A stretch of 64,000 nt of DNA from Clostridia bacterium (GTDB lineage: Bacteria > Bacillota > Clostridia > CAKSNL01 > HGM11501), in assembly GCA_045588365.1 (NCBI GenBank), contig JAZNEB010000012.1, positions 1,245 through 65,244 of the forward strand, in the 5' to 3' direction. The notes beneath the pieces were generated by a model that did not search any database, was not told the DNA's origin, and saw only the letters and a list, made by a program, of their open reading frames with translations. Positions 53,970-61,912 of this stretch are shown piece after piece. A program made the translations under genes and the position numbers. How positions within the stretch are numbered: the stretch's first letter is position 1; each line of letters opens with the position of its first letter.

Positions 53970-55318
53970 AGAAAAATATGATGTTTAAAAGAATGATATC
54001 AATAATCCTGGTTGTAATTATGAGCAGTGCTATACCTTTCGGTGTTTTTGCGAAGAAAGAAATCTGCGAATATTTTGAGGGAGCGGAAAAAATAAAATGG
54101 AAGTTTTACGAAGCTGAAGATGCTAAAATATCCAGCAATTATTATGCTGAGGGCGTTGAAAAAGTGGAAGAACGTGGCTATTCTGGTGGGGGATATGCTC
54201 CTTCATATGGTATGTGTGGACAGAAAACAACGGAAATCGAGTTTAATGTAAAAGCTAACATTTCTGGAGAACAAGATATATATATTGGGTATTGTCAGCA
54301 GGATACTGTTGCTCAAAGACAGAATTTTTATATAAATGGAGAAAATTTGGGAAGCATACTTTTTCCGCAGGCGGAATGTAAAATGATAAGAATTAGAGCA
54401 GACCTAAAAGCCGGGGTAAATACTATTGTTATGCAATCTGTTGGAAATGTGCTAATGTTTGTTGATTTCATAGCAATTTCTAAAGGAGAAGAGTGGAAAG
54501 ATGAAGTAACTGCAATAAAACTTAAAATAGGTGAAAATGCAATTACTAAAATAACAGAAAATGGGGAAGAAATAATCCAATCCGATGTTTCTCCTGCGAT
54601 TAAAGATTCGAGGACTTTTATTCCGGTGCGAGGAGTGTTTGAACAGTTAGGGGCTGTGGTGAAATGGGAAGCTAAAACGCGTCAAGTAAGCATTGAATCT
54701 GCAAATACAACGGTGGTTGTTAAGATAGACGGAGAGTCAGCGTTTGTAAATGGGAAAAAGAAGTATTTAGATTCGCCGGCTTTCATAGAGGACGGTCGAA
54801 CATTTATTCCTGTGAGATTTATATCTGAAAACCTGGGGTATGCAGTTGAATGGAATGGAAATAAACAAGAAATTTTAATCAAATATATGGAAGGAAATGA
54901 TATAAATATTTCTGTAAAAAAGTTTGAAAAGCCAAAAGTAGTAGATCTTGGTCTTGGAATTACTTTGGAACTGCCTTATTTACCACATATAGTTAATCAT
55001 ACTTGGTATAATTACAGTAATGAAGAACTTATTGAGGCGGTGCGAATAGATGAAATTATAGTTCAAAGAAGTGGAACAGATAACTTGGTGGTTTCATTGA
55101 CAGGGGAAGCGGTTTATACAAATTTGTTAGATCCGTATATAGATTCCATACCCTATTCTATCTATGATGAATATGGTTATAAAGTTTCGACTGGATATCT
55201 GGATTTTAGCAAGGTGAGGCCGGGAGAAAAATTTAGAGATCAAGATGATGTAATCTATGACGTACCTATTAGACTTAATACACATTACATACTTGAATTG
55301 GGAGAAATGGAATGGTAG
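53966..55318 (+). CDS. secreted protein with N-terminal CBM6/CBM35-like domain and two copper amine oxidase N-terminal-like (stalk) domains
   Basis: Signal peptide. FYEAEDAKIS...GYSGGGYAP motif typical of CBM6/35. Two DSRTFIPVRGVFEQLGAVVKWEA / DGRTFIPVRFISENLGYAVEWN repeats (Cu_amine_oxidN1-like). Confidence 0.5.
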   Translation: MKKNMMFKRMISIILVVIMSSAIPFGVFAKKEICEYFEGAEKIKWKFYEAEDAKISSNYYAEGVEKVEERGYSGGGYAPSYGMCGQKTTEIEFNVKANISGEQDIYIGYCQQDTVAQRQNFYINGENLGSILFPQAECKMIRIRADLKAGVNTIVMQSVGNVLMFVDFIAISKGEEWKDEVTAIKLKIGENAITKITENGEEIIQSDVSPAIKDSRTFIPVRGVFEQLGAVVKWEAKTRQVSIESANTTVVVKIDGESAFVNGKKKYLDSPAFIEDGRTFIPVRFISENLGYAVEWNGNKQEILIKYMEGNDINISVKKFEKPKVVDLGLGITLELPYLPHIVNHTWYNYSNEELIEAVRIDEIIVQRSGTDNLVVSLTGEAVYTNLLDPYIDSIPYSIYDEYGYKVSTGYLDFSKVRPGEKFRDQDDVIYDVPIRLNTHYILELGEMEW

Positions 55319-55387
55319 ATATGTTTTGTTTAAGGTTGAAAAATTTTTTAAGGTGATTTTATTTGATAGATTTTCTCCATCTGCCAT

Positions 55388-55415
55388 TGACTTAATTTTT
55401 ACTTTGTGGTATAAT
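55388..55415 (+). promoter_or_regulatory. sigma-A promoter (extended -10) of the DUF1846 gene
   Basis: TTGACT, 16-nt spacer, TGGTATAAT. Confidence 0.5.
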
Positions 55416-55454
55416 TATTAGGATTTTGAACTTATGAAAAGCGAGGCGGGGAAC

Positions 55455-56927
55455 ATGGGGAAAATCGGTTTTGACAATGAAAAATATATAAAGATGCAGT
55501 CAGAACACATAAGGCATCGTGTAGAAAAATTTGGCGACAAGCTTTACTTAGAGCTTGGCGGCAAGCTTTTTGACGACTATCATGCCTCCCGTGTGCTTCC
55601 CGGCTTCCTGCCTGACAGTAAAATGAAAATGCTTATGGAAATGGCGGATAAAATCGAAATCGTAATTGCCATAAGTGCCATTGATATCGTTAAAAACAAA
55701 GTAAGAAGCGACTATAACATCACCTACGATTTAGACACCATAAGACTTATTGATGCTTTCCGTGAGCTTGGTCTTAAGGTGGGAAGTGTTGTAATTACAA
55801 AATACAGCCATCAGGCGGCGGCAGATGTTTTCAAAAAGAGACTTGAAAATATGGGGATAAAGGTGTTCTTGCACTATCCCATTGATGGTTATCCATCGAA
55901 CGTTGAATATATAGTAAGTGATGACGGCTTCGGTAGAAACGATTATATAGAAACCGAAATGCCCATTGTGGTGGTAACCGCTCCCGGCCCCGGAAGCGGA
56001 AAGATGGCAACCTGCCTATCTCAGCTTTACCACGAAAATAAAAGGGGAATAAAGGCGGGCTACGCCAAGTTTGAAACCTTCCCTGTGTGGAATCTTCCCT
56101 TAAAGCACATGGTAAACCTTGCCTATGAAGCTGCAACAATTGACCTTAACGATGTTAATATGATTGATCCCTTCCACTTAGATGCCTACGGTGAAACGGC
56201 TGTAAACTACAACCGTGATATTGAAGTTTTCCCTGTTCTCAACGTAATGTTTGAAAAGATACTTGGAGAAAGCCCTTATAAATCACCTACAGATATGGGT
56301 GTTAATATGGCGGGAAACTGCATTATTGATGAAGAGGCTGTCATAAAAGCCTCCAAGGATGAAATTATAAGAAGATATTACGGAGTACTTAAAGATAAAA
56401 CCAACGGAAAGTGCGACGATAAGGTAATAAGAAAAATGGAGCTTTTAATGAAGCAGGCAGAGGTCAGCACAGATGAAAGACCTGTTGTAAATGCAGCTTT
56501 ATCAAAGGCGGAGGAGGCAAAGTGCACAGTTTGCGCCATAGAGCTTCCTAAAGGAAAAATCGTTACAGGAAAGACAAGCTCTCTTTTAGGAGCATCAAGT
56601 GCCGCACTCCTTAACGCATTAAAGGAGATTGCGGGCATTGCCGATGAAGTACATCTCATATCTCCTGAGGTTATTGAGCCTTTGCACGATTTGAAAATCA
56701 ATCATCTGGGAGCGAAAAATCCCAGAATACACATGGACGAAACCTTGATTGCCCTTGCAATCTGTGCAGCCAGCGATCCTTTAGCTAAAAAGGCGTTGGA
56801 GGTTATAAGTGAGCTTAAGGGGGCGCAGGCTCATTCCACGGTTATCCTTTCTCAGGTAGATGAAAATGTGTTCAAAAAGCTTGGAATGGACTTAACCTGC
56901 GAGGCAACCTATAATAAGAAAAAATAA
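55455..56927 (+). CDS. DUF1846 (UPF0371) family protein
   Basis: MGKIGFDNEKYIKMQSEHIRHRVEKFGDKLYLELGGKLFDDYHASRVLPGF is the conserved DUF1846 N-terminus. ATG at 55455 is preferred because of RBS gaggcgggg. Confidence 0.7.
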   Translation: MGKIGFDNEKYIKMQSEHIRHRVEKFGDKLYLELGGKLFDDYHASRVLPGFLPDSKMKMLMEMADKIEIVIAISAIDIVKNKVRSDYNITYDLDTIRLIDAFRELGLKVGSVVITKYSHQAAADVFKKRLENMGIKVFLHYPIDGYPSNVEYIVSDDGFGRNDYIETEMPIVVVTAPGPGSGKMATCLSQLYHENKRGIKAGYAKFETFPVWNLPLKHMVNLAYEAATIDLNDVNMIDPFHLDAYGETAVNYNRDIEVFPVLNVMFEKILGESPYKSPTDMGVNMAGNCIIDEEAVIKASKDEIIRRYYGVLKDKTNGKCDDKVIRKMELLMKQAEVSTDERPVVNAALSKAEEAKCTVCAIELPKGKIVTGKTSSLLGASSAALLNALKEIAGIADEVHLISPEVIEPLHDLKINHLGAKNPRIHMDETLIALAICAASDPLAKKALEVISELKGAQAHSTVILSQVDENVFKKLGMDLTCEATYNKKK

Positions 56928-56932
56928 AAAAA

Positions 56933-56960
56933 TATCCGCCAACGGCGGATATTTTTTTAT
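56933..56960. terminator. bidirectional terminator (DUF1846 + / deoR-family gene -)
   Basis: atatccgcc-aac-ggcggatat followed by T7. Confidence 0.8.
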
Positions 56961-57713
56961 TTACAGAATTATTAAGGAGCCACTAAAAGAGCTGAATTTT
57001 TTTGCACTTTCATTTTCGCTTATAAGATAGTCGATATCAGAAAGGGAGCATTGCTTATATGCAGACCTTGTGCCGAATTTTTCGCTGTCGCATAAAAACA
57101 CCTTTTTCGCGGAATTTTTAAGCATGGAATTTCTTAAAGCCACTTCTTCACGGGTACAGTCTGATATAATTCCGTCGTAAGACAGTGATTTGGCGGAAAA
57201 GAATGAAATATCGGCATAAGCATTTTCAAATATACTTTGTGCATCGGGGCCAATTAAGCAGTTGCGGTTTTCGGGGCTTAAAAATCCGCCTGAGGAGACT
57301 ACCTTGATTTTAGAATTTGACAAAAGGCAAAGAATTTCTATGTTGTTTGTAATAACGGTAAGTGAATTTCTTCCTGCTATTTCGCCTGCCAGATAAAAAG
57401 AGGTTGATGACTGGTCCAAAAATATAATGTTTCCGTCTTTTATAAGCTTTGCGGCTTTTTTTGCAATTATCTTTTTAGCCTCGATACTGTGATGATACCT
57501 TTTATCAAAGGAAATAACATTTGAAAAATTGGTAATAAGCTCGGCTCCGCCGTAGGTTCTTTTAACAAGTCCTCTGGCTTCAAGCGCCGTTAAATCACGT
57601 CTTATACTGGATTCGCTGGCATAAAGCTTTTGACAAAGCTCAGCTACTGTTATAAAGCCGTCCTTTTCTTTTAATATGTTTATTATTTCTCTTTCACGTT
57701 CGTTTTTTAGCAT
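56961..57713 (-). CDS. DeoR/GlpR family transcriptional regulator
   Basis: N-terminal HTH (REREIINILKEKDGFITVAELCQKLYASESSIRRDLTALE) plus a sugar-phosphate-binding C-terminal domain. Confidence 0.85.
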   Translation of the reverse strand: MLKNEREREIINILKEKDGFITVAELCQKLYASESSIRRDLTALEARGLVKRTYGGAELITNFSNVISFDKRYHHSIEAKKIIAKKAAKLIKDGNIIFLDQSSTSFYLAGEIAGRNSLTVITNNIEILCLLSNSKIKVVSSGGFLSPENRNCLIGPDAQSIFENAYADISFFSAKSLSYDGIISDCTREEVALRNSMLKNSAKKVFLCDSEKFGTRSAYKQCSLSDIDYLISENESAKKFSSFSGSLIIL

Positions 57714-57806
57714 ATCATAATCTCCTTTTAAAAAGTGATTGTTTTTGACTGTTTTTCTTAAATGAGTGTGAATTTATCAAGTTTTTGATTGTTTTGTGGC
57801 TTAAAG

Positions 57807-57835
57807 TTGATTTATTCTGATAAAGATATTATAAT
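57807..57835 (+). promoter_or_regulatory. sigma-A promoter of the G1PDH-like/HAD operon with upstream direct repeats gattgtttt
   Basis: TTGATT, 17-nt spacer, TATAAT. The repeat gattgtttt occurs at about 57746 and about 57796 between the divergent deoR-family gene and the operon. Confidence 0.5.
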
Positions 57836-57883
57836 ACAAGTATCTTAAAAAGTAAATATCTATGTTTAAAGGAGTAAGGGTAA

Positions 57884-59143
57884 GTGGATATAAACGGTAT
57901 TTTAAAAGGAGTTAAATGCTCCTGCGGAAAAACACATCATTGCGACATTGAATATGTATATATAGAAAGCGGAGCGATTTTTAAATTAAGTGAGCTTTGC
58001 CAAAAAAATGAAAATGTTTTGATTGTAGCCGATGAAAATACATTTAAGGCAGCAGGAGAAAGGGTGCTTAAAGTCCTTTCGGAAAAGAAGCTTAAAAAAG
58101 TGATTTTCCCGGGGGATGAGGTTCTTATTCCAAATGAAGCTGCCATAGAAAAGGTAAGAGAAGCACTGGATGGTGCGGATTTGATTTTAGGTATCGGCTC
58201 AGGCGTAATTCAGGATTTATGTAAATATGTATCTTTTTTCTCTAAAATTCCCTATATGATTGTTGCAACGGCACCCTCCATGGACGGCTATGCATCTGAC
58301 GGGGCGGCAATGATATTAAACGGAATGAAAGAAACCGTAAAGGCAGGACTTCCCAGGGCTATAATTGCTGATGTGGATGTCTTAAAGGATGCGCCCATCA
58401 ATATGATAAAGGCAGGCTTTGGGGATATTATCGGTAAATATTCGGCACTTTGCGACTGGGCATTAAGTCACGAGATAAATGACGAATACTTATGCGAATA
58501 CATTTATGATACGACCTTTAAGATGATTGAAAATACCCTAAGTGATGCAAAGGGTCTTATGAAGCGTAAAGAAGAAGCCATAAAGGCACTTACGGAAGCT
58601 TTGATGATTGTTGGCATAATGATGAGTTTTGCAGGCTCTTCACGTCCTGCTTCAGGCAGTGAGCATCATTTGTCCCACTTCTTTGAAATCGTGGGTATTG
58701 TAAATAAAGAGCCCTATTTTGTTCACGGTATTGATGTTGCTTATTCAACCGTCATAACAGCCCGGATAAAAGAAGAAATATTAAAATCGGAATTTCCCGG
58801 CAGAATATATCGTCCTTTAAGGGCAGAGTATAAAGAAAAAATGAGAAGCATATATAAATCCGTTGCAGAGGGCTGTATCTCGCTTCAGGATAAAGTTGGA
58901 AATTATGATAAAGACAGACTTTCCTGCTACAAAGAAAAAGAAGAAAAGATAAGGAAAATATTAAAGGAAACTCCCACTTCCGACGAAATAAAAGCTATGC
59001 TTAGCTTAGTCGGTCTTGATATGAAAGAATTTTATGATATGTACACAGAAGAAAAGATAGAAGACGCCATAATGTACGCCAAGGATTTAAAGGACAGGTA
59101 TACTGTTTTATGGTTATATTATGATTTGTTCGGCAAAAGATAA
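57884..59143 (+). CDS. sn-glycerol-1-phosphate dehydrogenase-like iron-containing alcohol dehydrogenase family protein (AraM/EgsA-like)
   Basis: Dehydroquinate-synthase-like fold with GIGSGVIQD and HHLSHFFE metal-site motifs. Size and neighbourhood (HAD phosphatase downstream) resemble B. subtilis araM-araL. GTG start after RBS aaaggag. Confidence 0.6.
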   Translation: MDINGILKGVKCSCGKTHHCDIEYVYIESGAIFKLSELCQKNENVLIVADENTFKAAGERVLKVLSEKKLKKVIFPGDEVLIPNEAAIEKVREALDGADLILGIGSGVIQDLCKYVSFFSKIPYMIVATAPSMDGYASDGAAMILNGMKETVKAGLPRAIIADVDVLKDAPINMIKAGFGDIIGKYSALCDWALSHEINDEYLCEYIYDTTFKMIENTLSDAKGLMKRKEEAIKALTEALMIVGIMMSFAGSSRPASGSEHHLSHFFEIVGIVNKEPYFVHGIDVAYSTVITARIKEEILKSEFPGRIYRPLRAEYKEKMRSIYKSVAEGCISLQDKVGNYDKDRLSCYKEKEEKIRKILKETPTSDEIKAMLSLVGLDMKEFYDMYTEEKIEDAIMYAKDLKDRYTVLWLYYDLFGKR

Positions 59144-59155
59144 GGAGAAGTTAAA

Positions 59156-59878
59156 ATGGACATAAAGAAAATAAAAGTTGTTGCCATGGACTTAGACGGG
59201 ACCTTGACTCAACATAAGCAGCCATTGGAAGAGGCTCATAAAGAGGCCCTTAATAAACTTAATGAGAAGTATAAGCTTTTAATGGTTGGTGCAGGCGGAG
59301 TTATGAGAATATTCAATCAGATGGAGGGCTTTCCCATTGATATCATCGGAAACTACGGCCTCCAGTACGGTAAATATAACGAAAAAACAAAAAGCATTGA
59401 TATAGTCCGTGACCTTAAATTTCCTGTTGATAAAGAAGCGGTGGAAGAAAAAATAACGGGTTTAAGAGAAAAATATGGCTTTAATACTTTTTCGGGGGAC
59501 AATGTTGAATTTCACCCTTCGGGCTGTATAACATTTCCTCTTTTAGGCACTACGGCAATAAAGGAGGACAAGCTGGCCTTTGACCCTACCAGAGAGAAAA
59601 GAAGAAAAATCTATGATGATGTGGCATCGACCTTTTCGGAATATACTGTTTTTGTGGGAGGATCATCCTCCTTTGATATGGCGCCTATGCCGTATAATAA
59701 ATATTATGCTTTAGACCTTTATTGTAGGGAGAATAATTTGGAGCATGAGAACGTCTTATTTATTGGTGATGACTATGGTCTGGGCGGAAATGACGAATCG
59801 GTATACAAATCGGATTTTCCTTATCTTACGATAGATGATTACAGGGATTTCCCCGAAATAATCAAGGCGATTTTATAA
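59156..59878 (+). CDS. HAD-IIB (Cof-like) sugar phosphatase
   Basis: Motif I VVAMDLDGTL, and motif IV GDDYGLGGNDESV. Confidence 0.75.
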   Translation: MDIKKIKVVAMDLDGTLTQHKQPLEEAHKEALNKLNEKYKLLMVGAGGVMRIFNQMEGFPIDIIGNYGLQYGKYNEKTKSIDIVRDLKFPVDKEAVEEKITGLREKYGFNTFSGDNVEFHPSGCITFPLLGTTAIKEDKLAFDPTREKRRKIYDDVASTFSEYTVFVGGSSSFDMAPMPYNKYYALDLYCRENNLEHENVLFIGDDYGLGGNDESVYKSDFPYLTIDDYRDFPEIIKAIL

Positions 59879-59887
59879 ATAAAAAAA

Positions 59888-59931
59888 TGACAATCTCTTA
59901 ATAAAAGGGGATTGTCATTTTTGTTTTTTTG
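59888..59931 (+). terminator. rho-independent terminator after the HAD gene
   Basis: aatgacaatc...gattgtcatttttgttttttt. Confidence 0.65.
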
Positions 59932-59984
59932 TGATATAATATTTTTTATAGTAAATTAGGGAAATTGTGTCAAGAGGCGATAGA

Positions 59985-60525
59985 TTTGAAGATAAAAGTT
60001 GATAAATTAAATTACAGTGAATTTTCTGAATATGCAGAATCTACCTTTGCGAAACCCATTAAAATGGCTCTTTCGTTTTTTATAGGAATTTTAGTTATCC
60101 TGATTATAATCTGTATGGGAAATGAAGAAATGAAAAGCTCAGTAACTTCACTCTGGTGGTGTGTGGGAATAATGGCTTTCTTACTCATCATGTCAAATGT
60201 GGGGCTTTCCGTGGCTTTCAAAAAATCGGGACTGGATAAAACCGCCTCATCTTACATAATGGAGGATGAAATCTTAAAAATTTCCCTTGGCAAATTAAAG
60301 GGTAATTTGGAGTGGGAATTTGTAAAAAAAATAAAGGAAACCAAAAATCTCTGGATTATGACAGTTCCAAACGGACAGTTTATTCTTCCTAAAAGATGTG
60401 TGGGAGAGGATTTTGAAAACTTTATAACTAAAGTTTTGCCTGAGGATAAAATAAAGCGCCTTAAGTACAGACAAAAACGGGAAAACGTGAAAGGATTAGA
60501 AGATGGCGAACATAGTGATAACTGA
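59985..60525 (+). CDS. YcxB-like membrane protein (two TM helices plus a bPH/YcxB C-terminal domain)
   Basis: Two hydrophobic helices followed by WEFVKKIKETKNLWIMTVPNGQFILPKR. Start uncertain (TTG 59965 or TTG 59985). Confidence 0.4.
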
Positions 60526-61891
60526 TGAAAAAGAAATGCTTTTGCAGAAAGAATACATGGCAAAGGTTAAAAAGATAAATGAAAAAGAAAAAAAGTGCTG
60601 TCTTATTACCTTGGGCTGTCAGCAGAATGAAAGCGATTCTGAAAAGCTTTGGGGTATGCTTGATGCCATGGGTTACACCGAAACGGATGATTTTTCTGAA
60701 GCTGACCTTATTTTATATAATACCTGCGCCGTAAGAGAAAATGCAGAAAAGAAGCTTTTCGGAAGAATAGGAGCATTAAAGCCCTTAAAAGAGATAAATC
60801 CCGATTTACTTATCGGTGTCTCAGGCTGTATGGTTCAGCAAAAGGGGATGGACGAGCGTTTTCGCCGTTATTACAAGTATGTGGATATGGTTTTCGGCAC
60901 TCATTCACTCTATCGTTTTCCTGAAATTTTGTATAAAACAATAGAAGAAAAAATGCAGGTAAGGGATATTTTGGATATTGACGGGGAGGTAACAGAGGGC
61001 ATCCCTGTTTTAAGAAAAAATGATGTTAAGGCCTACCTTTCAATTATGTACGGCTGCAACAACTTCTGCAGCTACTGTGTTGTTCCTTATGTAAGAGGAA
61101 GAGAGCGAAGCAGAAAATATCAAGATGTGCTTGATGAAGCAAAGAGCATTGCGGATTCGGGCATAAAGGAAATAATGCTTTTGGGACAAAATGTCAATTC
61201 CTATGCGGGGGGACTTTCCTTTGCCGAGCTTTTGGGAAAGGTCAGCGAAATTCCCGGAATAGAGAGAATTCGCTTTATGTCATCTCATCCCAAGGATATA
61301 GGAAGCGATTTAATCGACGTAATGAAAGAAAAAAAGAACATCTGCAATCAGCTTCATCTTCCTATTCAGTCGGGAAGCGACAGAATATTGGAGTTGATGA
61401 ACAGACGCTATAGTGTTGACAAGTATATGAAAATAATTGACGAGGTAAAGTCTAAAATTCCTGACGTTACCCTTACAACAGACATAATTGTGGGTTTTCC
61501 CGGTGAAACCAATGAGGATTTTAATCTCACTATGGAAATTCTCAAAAATGTCAGATACGACAGTATTTTCTCCTTTATCTATTCCAAAAGACGTGGCACT
61601 CCCGCTTCGGAATTTCCTGATGTTCTGACAGAGGAAGAAAAACACATAAACTTTGATAAGATGTTAAAGCTTCAAAATGACATATCCTTAGAGAAAAACA
61701 AAGCTCTCATAGGAAGCATCCAGAGTGTTTTGGTAGAGGGCGAAAGCAAAACGGACAAGGGAAGACAAAGCGGCAGGTCCGAGGGCGGAAAATTAGTGCA
61801 TTTTGAAAGCGATAAAGACTTAAAAGGTCAGATTGTAAATGTGAAAATAGACGATGTAAATACATGGACTCTTAAAGGAACGTTGATATAA
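60503..61891 (+). CDS. miaB: tRNA-i6A37 methylthiotransferase MiaB
   Basis: N-terminal MTTase Cys triad (LGCQQN...NTCAVRE...SGCMVQ), radical-SAM CNNFCSYCVVP, and a C-terminal TRAM domain. Confidence 0.9.
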   Translation: MANIVITDEKEMLLQKEYMAKVKKINEKEKKCCLITLGCQQNESDSEKLWGMLDAMGYTETDDFSEADLILYNTCAVRENAEKKLFGRIGALKPLKEINPDLLIGVSGCMVQQKGMDERFRRYYKYVDMVFGTHSLYRFPEILYKTIEEKMQVRDILDIDGEVTEGIPVLRKNDVKAYLSIMYGCNNFCSYCVVPYVRGRERSRKYQDVLDEAKSIADSGIKEIMLLGQNVNSYAGGLSFAELLGKVSEIPGIERIRFMSSHPKDIGSDLIDVMKEKKNICNQLHLPIQSGSDRILELMNRRYSVDKYMKIIDEVKSKIPDVTLTTDIIVGFPGETNEDFNLTMEILKNVRYDSIFSFIYSKRRGTPASEFPDVLTEEEKHINFDKMLKLQNDISLEKNKALIGSIQSVLVEGESKTDKGRQSGRSEGGKLVHFESDKDLKGQIVNVKIDDVNTWTLKGTLI

Positions 61892-61912
61892 GCTAAAGAA
61901 AGGCTTGATTTT

